Assembly: GCA_035502185.1 (NCBI GenBank)
Contig: DATJUT010000031.1
Coordinates: 87,276-151,275 of the forward strand
Reading direction: 5' to 3'
Origin: Gemmatimonadales bacterium
GTDB taxonomy: Bacteria > Gemmatimonadota > Gemmatimonadetes > Gemmatimonadales > JACORV01
DNA: 64,000 nucleotides
Under the pieces are notes generated by a model. It searched no databases and was not told the DNA's origin. It saw only the letters and a list, made by a program, of their open reading frames with translations. The translations under genes were made by a program, and so were the position numbers. Shown here piece by piece: positions 56,397 through 64,000 of the stretch; within the stretch, counting starts at the first letter, position 1, and each line of letters opens with the position of its first letter.

Positions 56397-56424
56397 ACTT
56401 CGCCAACAAAAACATTGGCGAAGT
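56397..56424. promoter_or_regulatory. Perfect 10-bp inverted repeat upstream of sufR (candidate operator)
   Basis: ACTTCGCCAA-caaaaaca-TTGGCGAAGT lies 15 nt upstream of the sufR ATG and abuts its GAGGA Shine-Dalgarno. No T-tract follows it. Confidence 0.45.
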
Positions 56425-56438
56425 GAGGAAACCGCTCG

Positions 56439-57137
56439 ATGACATTCTCGACACCGGCACCGTCCATCCCCGGCCATCGCGGTCTGCGGGCGTGGATACT
56501 GCTGCGGATCAAGCGATCGCAACCGGTTACAGCGAAAGAGCTTAGCATCGAGTTCGGGGTATCGGCGAATGCCGTACGCCGGCATCTCAAGGAGTTGGAA
56601 CTCGACGGGTGCATTGGCTATGGCCGTGAGCAACGCGGATTGGGCGCCCCCGCCTACGTCTATCGGCTCACGCCGCGTGGGGAGAGCCTGTTCCCCAACC
56701 GGTACGAAGATGCGCTGAAGGGACTGCTGCAGCACATCGAGGAACGGGCCGGGCGCGGGGAGATCAATCGGCTGTTCGTCGACCAGTTCCGCGCACGGGC
56801 CGAGGCGCTCAAGGGCGAGCTGGCCGACCAGCCCGTCGAGGTGCGGCTGCAGCGGCTGGTGCGGATGCTGTCGGAAGAGGGCTACATGGCGGAATGGAAC
56901 ACGGCGGACGGCACCATTCGCCTGGCGGAACACAACTGCGCCATTCGGGCGGTGGCCGAGCGGTATCCCGAGGTCTGCGCCGCGGAGCGGCGGTTCCTGA
57001 CCGAGGTGTTGGCCGCGCAGGTCGAGCGCCGTACGCACATCACGGAGGGCTCGAATGCCTGCGAGTACTCGATCACGCCGGATCTGAGAGGCGGCGACGG
57101 GTCCGAGGGCGTCGAGGCACGACGGGAGCAGCCATGA
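56439..57137 (+). CDS. sufR: SufR-like HTH transcriptional regulator
   Basis: Winged-helix N-terminus ([28 protein letters not shown]). C-terminal Cys residues ([19 protein letters not shown]...SNAC). Its stop overlaps the sufB start (ATGA). Confidence 0.6.
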   Translation: MTFSTPAPSIPGHRGLRAWILLRIKRSQPVTAKELSIEFGVSANAVRRHLKELELDGCIGYGREQRGLGAPAYVYRLTPRGESLFPNRYEDALKGLLQHIEERAGRGEINRLFVDQFRARAEALKGELADQPVEVRLQRLVRMLSEEGYMAEWNTADGTIRLAEHNCAIRAVAERYPEVCAAERRFLTEVLAAQVERRTHITEGSNACEYSITPDLRGGDGSEGVEARREQP

Positions 57138-58570
57138 CCTCCTCCATCGAAGCCCAGGTCCTGCAGCCCTACAAGTACGGGTTCGTCACCGACATCGAAT
57201 CGGACAACGTCCCGGCGGGGCTCAACGAGGATATCATCCGGCTCATTTCCACCAAGAAGGGCGAGCCCGCCTTCATGCTGGAGTGGCGGCTCAAGGCGTT
57301 CCGGCAGTGGATGACGATGAAGGAGCCGACGTGGGCGAACGTGAAGTACCCGCCCATCGACTACCAGTCCATCGTCTACTACGCGGCGCCCAAGCAGGCC
57401 AAGTCGCTCGACAGCCTGGAGCAGGTGGACCCCAAGCTGCTGGAGACGTTCGACAAGCTGGGCATTCCACTGGCCGAGCAGAAGCGGCTCGCCGGCGTGG
57501 CGGTCGATGCCGTGTTCGACAGCGTGTCGGTGGCCACCACGTTCAAGGAGACGCTGGCCCAGCAGGGCATCATCTTCGGCGCGTTCTCCGAGGCGGTGCG
57601 CGAGCATCCGGATCTTATCGAGCGCTACCTCGGCACCGTGGTGCCGCACAACGACAACTACTTCGCCGCGCTGAACTCCGCGGTGTTCAGCGACGGCTCC
57701 TTCGCGTACATCCCGAAGGGCGTGCGCTGTCCGCTGGAGCTGTCCACGTATTTCCGCATCAACGCGGCGGCCTCGGGCCAGTTCGAGCGCACGCTGATCA
57801 TCGCGGACGAGGGGAGCTACGTCAGCTACCTCGAGGGGTGCTCGGCCCCGATGCGCGACACGAACCAGCTGCACGCCGCCGTGGTCGAGTTGATCGCGCT
57901 CGACGACGCGCAGATCAAGTACTCGACGGTGCAGAACTGGTATCCGGGTGACGAAGAGGGGCGCGGGGGCATCTACAACTTCGTGACCAAGCGGGGCAAG
58001 TGCGCCGGACGGAACTCCAAGATCTCGTGGACCCAGGTGGAGACGGGGTCGGCGATCACCTGGAAGTATCCGGGGTGCCTGCTGCAGGGCGACAACTCGA
58101 TCGGCGAATTCTACTCGGTGGCCGTGACTAACCACCGCCAGCAGGCGGACACCGGGACGAAGATGATTCACATCGGGAAGAACACGCGCAGCACGATCGT
58201 CTCGAAGGGCATCTCCGCGGGACGCGGGCAGAACACGTATCGCGGCCAGGTGAAGATCCTCAAGGGTGCGACCGGCGCGCGGAACTACTCGCAGTGCGAC
58301 TCGATGCTGATCGGCGACCAGTGCGGCGCGCACACCTTCCCGTACATCGACGTACGCAACAGCACGGCCATCATGGAACACGAGGCATCCACGTCGAAGA
58401 TCGGCGAGGACCAGATCTTCTACTGCCGGCAGCGCGGGCTGTCGGCCGAGGACGCGACGAGCATGATCGTGAACGGCTTCTGCAAGGAAGTCTTCCGCGA
58501 GCTGCCGATGGAGTTCGCGGTCGAGGCGCAGCGCCTGCTCGGCATCAGCCTGGAAGGGAGCGTCGGATGA
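57134..58570 (+). CDS. sufB: Fe-S cluster assembly protein SufB
   Basis: ATG at 57134. [52 protein letters not shown], and [21 protein letters not shown]. Confidence 0.95.
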   Translation: MTSSIEAQVLQPYKYGFVTDIESDNVPAGLNEDIIRLISTKKGEPAFMLEWRLKAFRQWMTMKEPTWANVKYPPIDYQSIVYYAAPKQAKSLDSLEQVDPKLLETFDKLGIPLAEQKRLAGVAVDAVFDSVSVATTFKETLAQQGIIFGAFSEAVREHPDLIERYLGTVVPHNDNYFAALNSAVFSDGSFAYIPKGVRCPLELSTYFRINAAASGQFERTLIIADEGSYVSYLEGCSAPMRDTNQLHAAVVELIALDDAQIKYSTVQNWYPGDEEGRGGIYNFVTKRGKCAGRNSKISWTQVETGSAITWKYPGCLLQGDNSIGEFYSVAVTNHRQQADTGTKMIHIGKNTRSTIVSKGISAGRGQNTYRGQVKILKGATGARNYSQCDSMLIGDQCGAHTFPYIDVRNSTAIMEHEASTSKIGEDQIFYCRQRGLSAEDATSMIVNGFCKEVFRELPMEFAVEAQRLLGISLEGSVG

Positions 58571-59343
58571 CGCGCGCGGCGGGGACGCCGATGCTCGAGA
58601 TCTCGGATCTTCACGCGTCGGTGGAGGGCAAGGAAATCCTCCGCGGCATCGACCTGGTGGTGAACGCCGGCGAGGTGCACGCCATCATGGGGCCGAACGG
58701 ATCCGGGAAGAGCACGCTCGCCCAGGTGCTCGCCGGCCATCCGGCCTATGCGGTGACCGCCGGCTCGATCCGCTACGAAGGGAAGGACCTGCTCGAGCTC
58801 GATCCCGAGGAGCGGGCACGCGAAGGAGTGTTCCTCGCCTTTCAGTATCCGGTGGCGATTCGCGGCATCACGAACGCGTACTTCCTGCGCTCCGCGCTCA
58901 ACGCGGTCCGCAAGCACCGGGGGCAACCGGAGCTGGACCCGCTGGAGTTTCTCGATCTGCTGGCGGAGAAGCTGAAGTCCATCGACTCCGACGACGGCCT
59001 GATGAATCGTCCGGTGAACGACGGCTTTTCGGGCGGCGAAAAGAAACGCAACGAGATCCTGCAGATGGCGGTGCTGGAGCCGAAGCTGGCGATTCTCGAC
59101 GAGACCGATTCGGGCCTGGACATCGACGCGCTGCGGACGGTGGCGGGCGCGGTGGACAAGCTGCGGCGGCCGGACAACGCCACCGTGGTGGTCACCCACT
59201 ACCAGCGCATCCTGAATTACATCACACCCGACTTCGTCCACGTGCTGAGCGCGGGGCGGATCGTGCTGTCGGGCGGGAAGGAGCTGGCGCTGGAGCTGGA
59301 GGCCCGCGGCTACGACTGGGTGCGGGCCGAGGCGGCGGTCTAG
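58567..59343 (+). CDS. sufC: Fe-S cluster assembly ATPase SufC
   Basis: ATGA overlap with suf[20 protein letters not shown], Walker [23 protein letters not shown], and [13 protein letters not shown]. Confidence 0.95.
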   Translation: MTRAAGTPMLEISDLHASVEGKEILRGIDLVVNAGEVHAIMGPNGSGKSTLAQVLAGHPAYAVTAGSIRYEGKDLLELDPEERAREGVFLAFQYPVAIRGITNAYFLRSALNAVRKHRGQPELDPLEFLDLLAEKLKSIDSDDGLMNRPVNDGFSGGEKKRNEILQMAVLEPKLAILDETDSGLDIDALRTVAGAVDKLRRPDNATVVVTHYQRILNYITPDFVHVLSAGRIVLSGGKELALELEARGYDWVRAEAAV

Positions 59344-59347
59344 CCCG

Positions 59348-60700
59348 GTGGGCACCCAGCGCGTGAATTCGGCGGCGGACGCGGTGCAGCGGTACGTGGC
59401 GCAGTACGAAGCGTTCGCGGCCAATGGAGGCGGGGCGGCGCCGGCGTGGCTGCGCGAGCTGCGGGCGGCCGGCATCGCACGGTTCGCGGACATGGGCTTC
59501 CCGACCACCCGGCAGGAGGAGTGGCGTTTCACCAGCGTGGCCCCCCTGGTCGAGAACGCGTTCGTGCCGGCGCCGGCACGCGCCGGGGCCGGTCCGGGTG
59601 CCTCCGGCGGCGAGACGCTGCGGATGGTGTTCGTGAACGGGAAGTACGCGGCGCAGCGTTCCTCGCTCACCGGCCTCCCGGCGGGGGTGCGGGTCGGCAA
59701 TCTCGCGGCGTTGCTCGAGGGAGCCGCGGGCGCGGCGGCGTTCGTGGAGCGGCATCTTGGGCGCGGCGCGGCGCCGGCGGCCAACAGCTTCACGGCTCTC
59801 AATACGGCGTTCATCGCGGACGGCGCCGTCGTCCACCTGACGCGGGGTGCGGTGCTCGCGGAGCCGCTCCACGTGATCTTCGCGTCGGCGCCCGGCGGGA
59901 AGCCGACGGTCAGCCACCCGCGGCTGTTGGTGGTCGCGGACGAGCAGGCGCGGGCCACGGTGGTCGAGCACTACGTCGCCCTGGAGGACACGCCCTACTG
60001 GACCAACGCGGTCACGGAGCTGGTGCTGGGCGACGGCGCCGACGTGGAGGTGGTCCGGATCCAGGAAGAGCCCCTGGGGGCGTACCACGTGGCCAGCACC
60101 CATACGCGGCAGGGGCGCGACAGCACCCTGCTGCTGCACCCGCTGGTGCTGGGCGCCGGCCTGGCGCGGCACGACATCACAAATGTGCTCGACGGCCCCG
60201 GCGCCGAGCTGCTGCTCAACGGCCTGTACCTGCTGGGGGGCCGGCAGCACGCGGATCACCACACCGTGATCGATCACGCGCAACCCGACTGTCGCAGCCA
60301 CGAGTTCATGAACGGGGTGCTCGACGCCGGTTCGCGGGGCGTGTTCAACGGACGCATCATCGTGCGGCCCGGGGCGCAGCGCACCGACTCGAAGCAGACG
60401 AACCACAACCTGGTGCTGTCGGAGGAGGCCCGCGCCGACAGCCAGCCCCAGCTCGAGATCTACGCCGACGACGTCAAGTGTACGCACGGCGCCACCCTCG
60501 GGCCGCTCGATCCCAAGGAGCTGTTCTACCTGCAGAGCCGCGGCCTCGCGCCCGACGAGGCGCGCGCCCTCCTGACCTATGGGTTCGGTGCGGAGATCCT
60601 GGGGCGGCTGCGGCACCCGGGGCTGCGCGAGGCGCTCGACGGCGCGGTGCGGGCGCGACTGGCGGCCGGGCACGTGACGGAGCCCGCGCCGCGCGGCTGA
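59348..60700 (+). CDS. sufD: Fe-S cluster assembly protein SufD
   Basis: 450 aa. PTTRQEEWRFTSV near the N-terminus. C-terminal beta-helix region with QPQLEIYADDVKCTHGATLGPLD and LFYLQSRGL. Confidence 0.9.
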   Translation: MGTQRVNSAADAVQRYVAQYEAFAANGGGAAPAWLRELRAAGIARFADMGFPTTRQEEWRFTSVAPLVENAFVPAPARAGAGPGASGGETLRMVFVNGKYAAQRSSLTGLPAGVRVGNLAALLEGAAGAAAFVERHLGRGAAPAANSFTALNTAFIADGAVVHLTRGAVLAEPLHVIFASAPGGKPTVSHPRLLVVADEQARATVVEHYVALEDTPYWTNAVTELVLGDGADVEVVRIQEEPLGAYHVASTHTRQGRDSTLLLHPLVLGAGLARHDITNVLDGPGAELLLNGLYLLGGRQHADHHTVIDHAQPDCRSHEFMNGVLDAGSRGVFNGRIIVRPGAQRTDSKQTNHNLVLSEEARADSQPQLEIYADDVKCTHGATLGPLDPKELFYLQSRGLAPDEARALLTYGFGAEILGRLRHPGLREALDGAVRARLAAGHVTEPAPRG

Positions 60701-60753
60701 GCAGATTTGTGATCACGCTTCGGCGCGGCCCCGAGCCGCGGAAGGCGACCTGA

Positions 60754-61971
60754 ATGCGCGACGTCCGCGCCGACTTCCCGATCCTGCAGCAGGCCAGCCA
60801 CGGCCGGCGGCTCGTCTACCTCGACTCAGCCGCCACGACCCAGAAGCCGCGCCAGGTCATCGACGCGATCGTGGACTACTACCGCAGCCTGAACGCGAAC
60901 GTGCACCGCGGCGCCTACGATCTCGCGGTGCGGGCCACCGAGGCATACGAGGCGGTGCGGTCGGAGGTGGCGGCGTTCGTCGGCGCGCCCGATCCGTCCG
61001 GCGTCATCTTCGTGCGGGGTACGACCGAGGCGATCAATCTGGTGGCGGCGTCGCTGGGCCGTGCGCGGGTCCGCGCGGGCGACACGATCGTCGTCACCGC
61101 CATGGAGCACCACTCCAACCTGATTCCGTGGCAGCTGCTGGCCGAGGCGCGCGACGCGCGGCTGGTCATGGTCGAGCTGACCGCGGACGGCCGGGTCGAC
61201 GAGGGCGATTTCCGGCGCGCGCTGGAGCGGCAGCCGCGGATCGTGGCCTTCACCCACGTCTCCAACGTCCTCGGCACGGTGAACCCCGTGGCGGCGCTGA
61301 CGCGAGTCGCCCACGATGCGGGCGCGCTGGTGGTGGTGGACGGCGCGCAGGCCGTGCCCCACCTCGCGGTGAACGTAGCCGCGCTGGACTGCGACTTCTA
61401 CGCGTTCTCGGGACACAAGATGCTCGGGCCGATGGGCATCGGGGTGCTGGTCGGCAAGCCGGCACTGCTCGATGCGATGCCGCCCTATCACGGAGGCGGC
61501 GAGATGATCCGCGCGGTCCAGGACACGACGGCGACCTACGCGCCGCTGCCGCACAAGTTCGAGGCGGGCACGCCGAACGTGGAGGGCGCGATGGGATTGG
61601 GCGCCGCCATCCGCTACCTGCAGGGCCTCGGGATGGACGAGGTGGCCGCGCACGAGCGGGCGCTGGCCCGCTACGCGCTCGAGCGGCTGGCGACCGTGGA
61701 GGGCGTGAAGGTGTACGGGCCCGCCGAACGGGCCGGCGTGGTGTCGTTCACGCTCGCCGACATCCATCCCCACGACCTCGCGACCATCGTGGACAGCGAG
61801 GGCGTCGCGATCCGCGCTGGGCACCACTGCGCGCAGCCGCTGATGCGGCGGCTCGACGTGGCGGCCACCGCGCGCGCGACGTTCTACGTGTACAACACCC
61901 GCGAGGACGTGGACGCGCTGGTCGCCGCGCTCGAGAAGGCGCGCGCGCTGTTCGGCTACGCCCATGCCTGA
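60754..61971 (+). CDS. sufS: Cysteine desulfurase SufS (class II)
   Basis: DFPILQQ...VYLDSAATTQKP, HHSNLIPWQ, SGHKMLGPMGIGVL (PLP lysine), and RAGHHCAQPL (active-site Cys). Confidence 0.95.
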   Translation: MRDVRADFPILQQASHGRRLVYLDSAATTQKPRQVIDAIVDYYRSLNANVHRGAYDLAVRATEAYEAVRSEVAAFVGAPDPSGVIFVRGTTEAINLVAASLGRARVRAGDTIVVTAMEHHSNLIPWQLLAEARDARLVMVELTADGRVDEGDFRRALERQPRIVAFTHVSNVLGTVNPVAALTRVAHDAGALVVVDGAQAVPHLAVNVAALDCDFYAFSGHKMLGPMGIGVLVGKPALLDAMPPYHGGGEMIRAVQDTTATYAPLPHKFEAGTPNVEGAMGLGAAIRYLQGLGMDEVAAHERALARYALERLATVEGVKVYGPAERAGVVSFTLADIHPHDLATIVDSEGVAIRAGHHCAQPLMRRLDVAATARATFYVYNTREDVDALVAALEKARALFGYAHA

Positions 61972-62410
61972 GCGCGACGAATCCGGCCTCGCGGAGCTGT
62001 ATCAGGAACTGATTCTGGACCACTACCGGCGGCCGCGGAACCAGGGAAGCCTCGAAGCCCACACCCGCCGCGTAGCGTTGTCGAATCCGACCTGCGGCGA
62101 CGAGCTGGAGCTGGACCTGCTCCTGGACGGCGACACGATCGCCGACGTGCGCTTCTCCGGACGCGGTTGCTCGATCAGCCAGGCCTCGGCGTCCATGATG
62201 ACGCAGCTGATCAAGGGCAAGACGGTCGCCGAGGCGCGCGCGCTCGGGGCGCGGTTCGGCGAGATGATGCACGGCTCGGCCGAGGCGGCGCGGGACCGGG
62301 CGCTCGGCGAGGCGCGCGCGCTCGCGGGCGTCGCCAAGTTCCCGGTGCGCGTCAAGTGCGCCCTGCTCGGATGGAACGCGCTGGAAGAGAGCACCAGGAT
62401 CTCGTCCTAG
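61964..62410 (+). CDS. sufU: SUF-system NifU/IscU-like scaffold SufU
   Basis: LYQELILDHYRRPRN, NPTCGDELEL, GRGCSISQASASMM and VKCALLGWNAL. Overlaps sufS by 8 nt. Confidence 0.9.
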   Translation: MPERDESGLAELYQELILDHYRRPRNQGSLEAHTRRVALSNPTCGDELELDLLLDGDTIADVRFSGRGCSISQASASMMTQLIKGKTVAEARALGARFGEMMHGSAEAARDRALGEARALAGVAKFPVRVKCALLGWNALEESTRISS

Positions 62411-62470
62411 TCGCCCCCCGCCGCAGCGGCTGTTATTCTCTCTCTCCGGTGACGGCCATCGGAGACCCCC

Positions 62471-62992
62471 GTGCCACCGAACGTCGTCTTCGTGATCGCG
62501 CCGGAGCGCTTCCGTGACGAGGAGCTGCTGGTGCCGAAGCGCATCCTCGAGCAGCATGGCGCGACCGTCACCGTCGCCTCGACCCGCGGGGGCATCGCGA
62601 CGGGGATGGGCGGCGCCGAGGTGGGTGTGGATTGCACCGTCCACCAGGCGGCCCCGAGGTCGTGCGACGCGCTCGCAGTCGCCGGGGGCGCCGGCGCGCC
62701 GGCTCACCTCTGGGATTCGGAGCCGCTGCGTGTGCTCGCGCGGGCCGTGTACGCCGCAAACCGGCCCGTCGGCGCGATCTGCCTGTCGTCGCCGGTGCTG
62801 GCGCGCGCCAACCTGCTGGCCGGCAAGCGGGCAACCACGTTCCCCAGCGACCGCGCCATCGCGGAGTTGAAACGCGGGGGTGCCACCTTCGTAGAGGAGG
62901 CCGTCGTGCTCGACGGGACGATCGTCACCGCCAGCGGCCCGGAGGCTGCGGCCGCGTTCGGCGAAACCCTGGCCCGGCTGCTCGACCCATGA
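62471..62992 (+). CDS. DJ-1/PfpI family protein
   Basis: GTG start. VVFVIAPERFRDEELLVPKRILEQHGATVTVAS, and nucleophile elbow VGAICLSSPVLA. Confidence 0.8.
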   Translation: MPPNVVFVIAPERFRDEELLVPKRILEQHGATVTVASTRGGIATGMGGAEVGVDCTVHQAAPRSCDALAVAGGAGAPAHLWDSEPLRVLARAVYAANRPVGAICLSSPVLARANLLAGKRATTFPSDRAIAELKRGGATFVEEAVVLDGTIVTASGPEAAAAFGETLARLLDP

Positions 62993-63942
62993 CTCCAGAC
63001 AACGTCGTCGCCATCGAGGGGATCGCGAAGCGGTTCGCAGGACACGTCGCGGTCGCGGACCTCTCGCTGCGCGTGCCCAGGGGCGCGATCTACGGGCTGC
63101 TCGGGCCGAACGGCGCCGGGAAGACCACCACCATCCGCATGATCATGAACATCACGATCCCGGACGAAGGGACGATCGAGTTGTTCGGCGACCGGATGGG
63201 CGGGCGTCACCACAGCGCCCGCATCGGCTATCTGCCCGAGGAGCGCGGCCTGTACCGCAAGATGCGGGTGCGGGACATGCTCGTGTTCCTGGCGGAGGCG
63301 AAGGGGGTCGACCGCGCGCGGGGCGGCGCGAACGCCGACGAATGGCTGCGCCGCCTCGACCTCACCGAATGGGGTGCGCGCAAAGTCGAGGAGCTGTCCA
63401 AGGGCATGCAGCAGAAGGTCCAGTTCATCGGCACCATGCTGCACGAGCCCGAGCTGCTGATCCTGGACGAGCCGTTCTCGGGCCTCGATCCGATCAATCA
63501 GCAGGTGCTGAAGGACATCGTCGTGCACCTCTCGCGGTCGGGCAAGACGATCATCTTCTCGACCCACCAGATGGACGTGGCCGAGAAGATCTGCGACCAC
63601 GTGTGCATCATCGCGCGCGGGCGGAAGGTGCTGGACGGCGGGCTGGCGGAGGTGAAGCGCGTGCACGGCGGCACCCACGTCGCCGTGGCGTTCGAGGACG
63701 GGGCGGCGGGAGCCGAGGCCATGCGCGCCGTGGCGGACCTCGTGGCCGCGGCCGACGACTCGGGCCTGTTCGCGGAGCTGAAGTTGAAGGACGGCGTGGA
63801 TCCGCAGCTCGTGCTGGAGCGGTTGATGAAGACGGGAGCCCGGATTCGGCGCTTCGAGCGCATCGAGCCGTCCCTGAACCGCATCTTCCTCGACACGGCG
63901 GGGCCCGAGGCAGCGGCCGAAGCGGAGGTGGCCCATGCGTAA
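62989..63942 (+). CDS. ABC transporter ATP-binding protein (ABC-2/CcmA-like with C-terminal DUF4162-type domain)
   Basis: ATGA overlap at 62989. Walker A GPNGAGKTT, LSKGMQQKVQF signature, and LILDEPFSGLD. Confidence 0.88.
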   Translation: MTPDNVVAIEGIAKRFAGHVAVADLSLRVPRGAIYGLLGPNGAGKTTTIRMIMNITIPDEGTIELFGDRMGGRHHSARIGYLPEERGLYRKMRVRDMLVFLAEAKGVDRARGGANADEWLRRLDLTEWGARKVEELSKGMQQKVQFIGTMLHEPELLILDEPFSGLDPINQQVLKDIVVHLSRSGKTIIFSTHQMDVAEKICDHVCIIARGRKVLDGGLAEVKRVHGGTHVAVAFEDGAAGAEAMRAVADLVAAADDSGLFAELKLKDGVDPQLVLERLMKTGARIRRFERIEPSLNRIFLDTAGPEAAAEAEVAHA

Positions 63943-64000
63943 GGTCTGGGCGGTCGTCCGGCGCGAGTTCATCGAGAAGGTCCGTACGAAGTGGTTCCTG
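63935..64000 (+). CDS. ABC-2 type permease, 5' fragment (runs off the window)
   Basis: ATG at 63935 overlaps the ATPase gene end by 8 nt. MRKVWAVVRREFIEKVRTKWFL is a typical ABC-2 permease N-terminus. Only 22 codons are visible. Confidence 0.55.
   Translation, partial: MRKVWAVVRREFIEKVRTKWFL

Overview
Very GC-rich, densely packed bacterial chromosomal DNA. Many adjacent genes overlap by 4 nt (ATGA or GTGA). The gene content, including GWxTD proteins and many secreted peptidases, would fit a Gemmatimonadota-like organism, but that is only an inference. The window spans the classical replication-origin neighbourhood: rpmH-rnpA-yidD-yidC on the minus strand diverging from dnaA-dnaN on the plus strand. 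I support about 60 CDS. They include holA, mutS, ddl, polA, rnd, thiC, pyrE, mtgA, a complete sufR-sufBCDSU cluster, a sugar ABC operon carrying a GH38 mannosidase, and many peptidases (M16 x2, rhomboid, S9, metzincin-like, M28, M1-like). There are two structured RNAs: RNase P RNA at about 24.7-25.1 kb and a TPP riboswitch upstream of thiC. rpmH (53 aa) is missing from the ORF track and was found by hand. I saw no rRNA, tRNA, CRISPR array, transposase, integrase or phage genes, and no convincing defence island. The observations most worth a second look are: (1) a 36% GC island with a DnaA-box-like site and phased repeats at 42.7 kb; (2) an uncharacterised envelope gene pair coupled to mtgA; (3) an M1-like protein whose HExxH motif is RELAR; (4) two GWxTD paralogs whose signal-peptide-like N-termini lie upstream of any canonical start codon; (5) a secreted GH38 inside an ABC operon led by a LysE exporter; (6) an orphan AmmeMemoRadiSam radical SAM gene overlapping a DCC gene. 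All functional calls come from motif recognition by eye. No database search was run.
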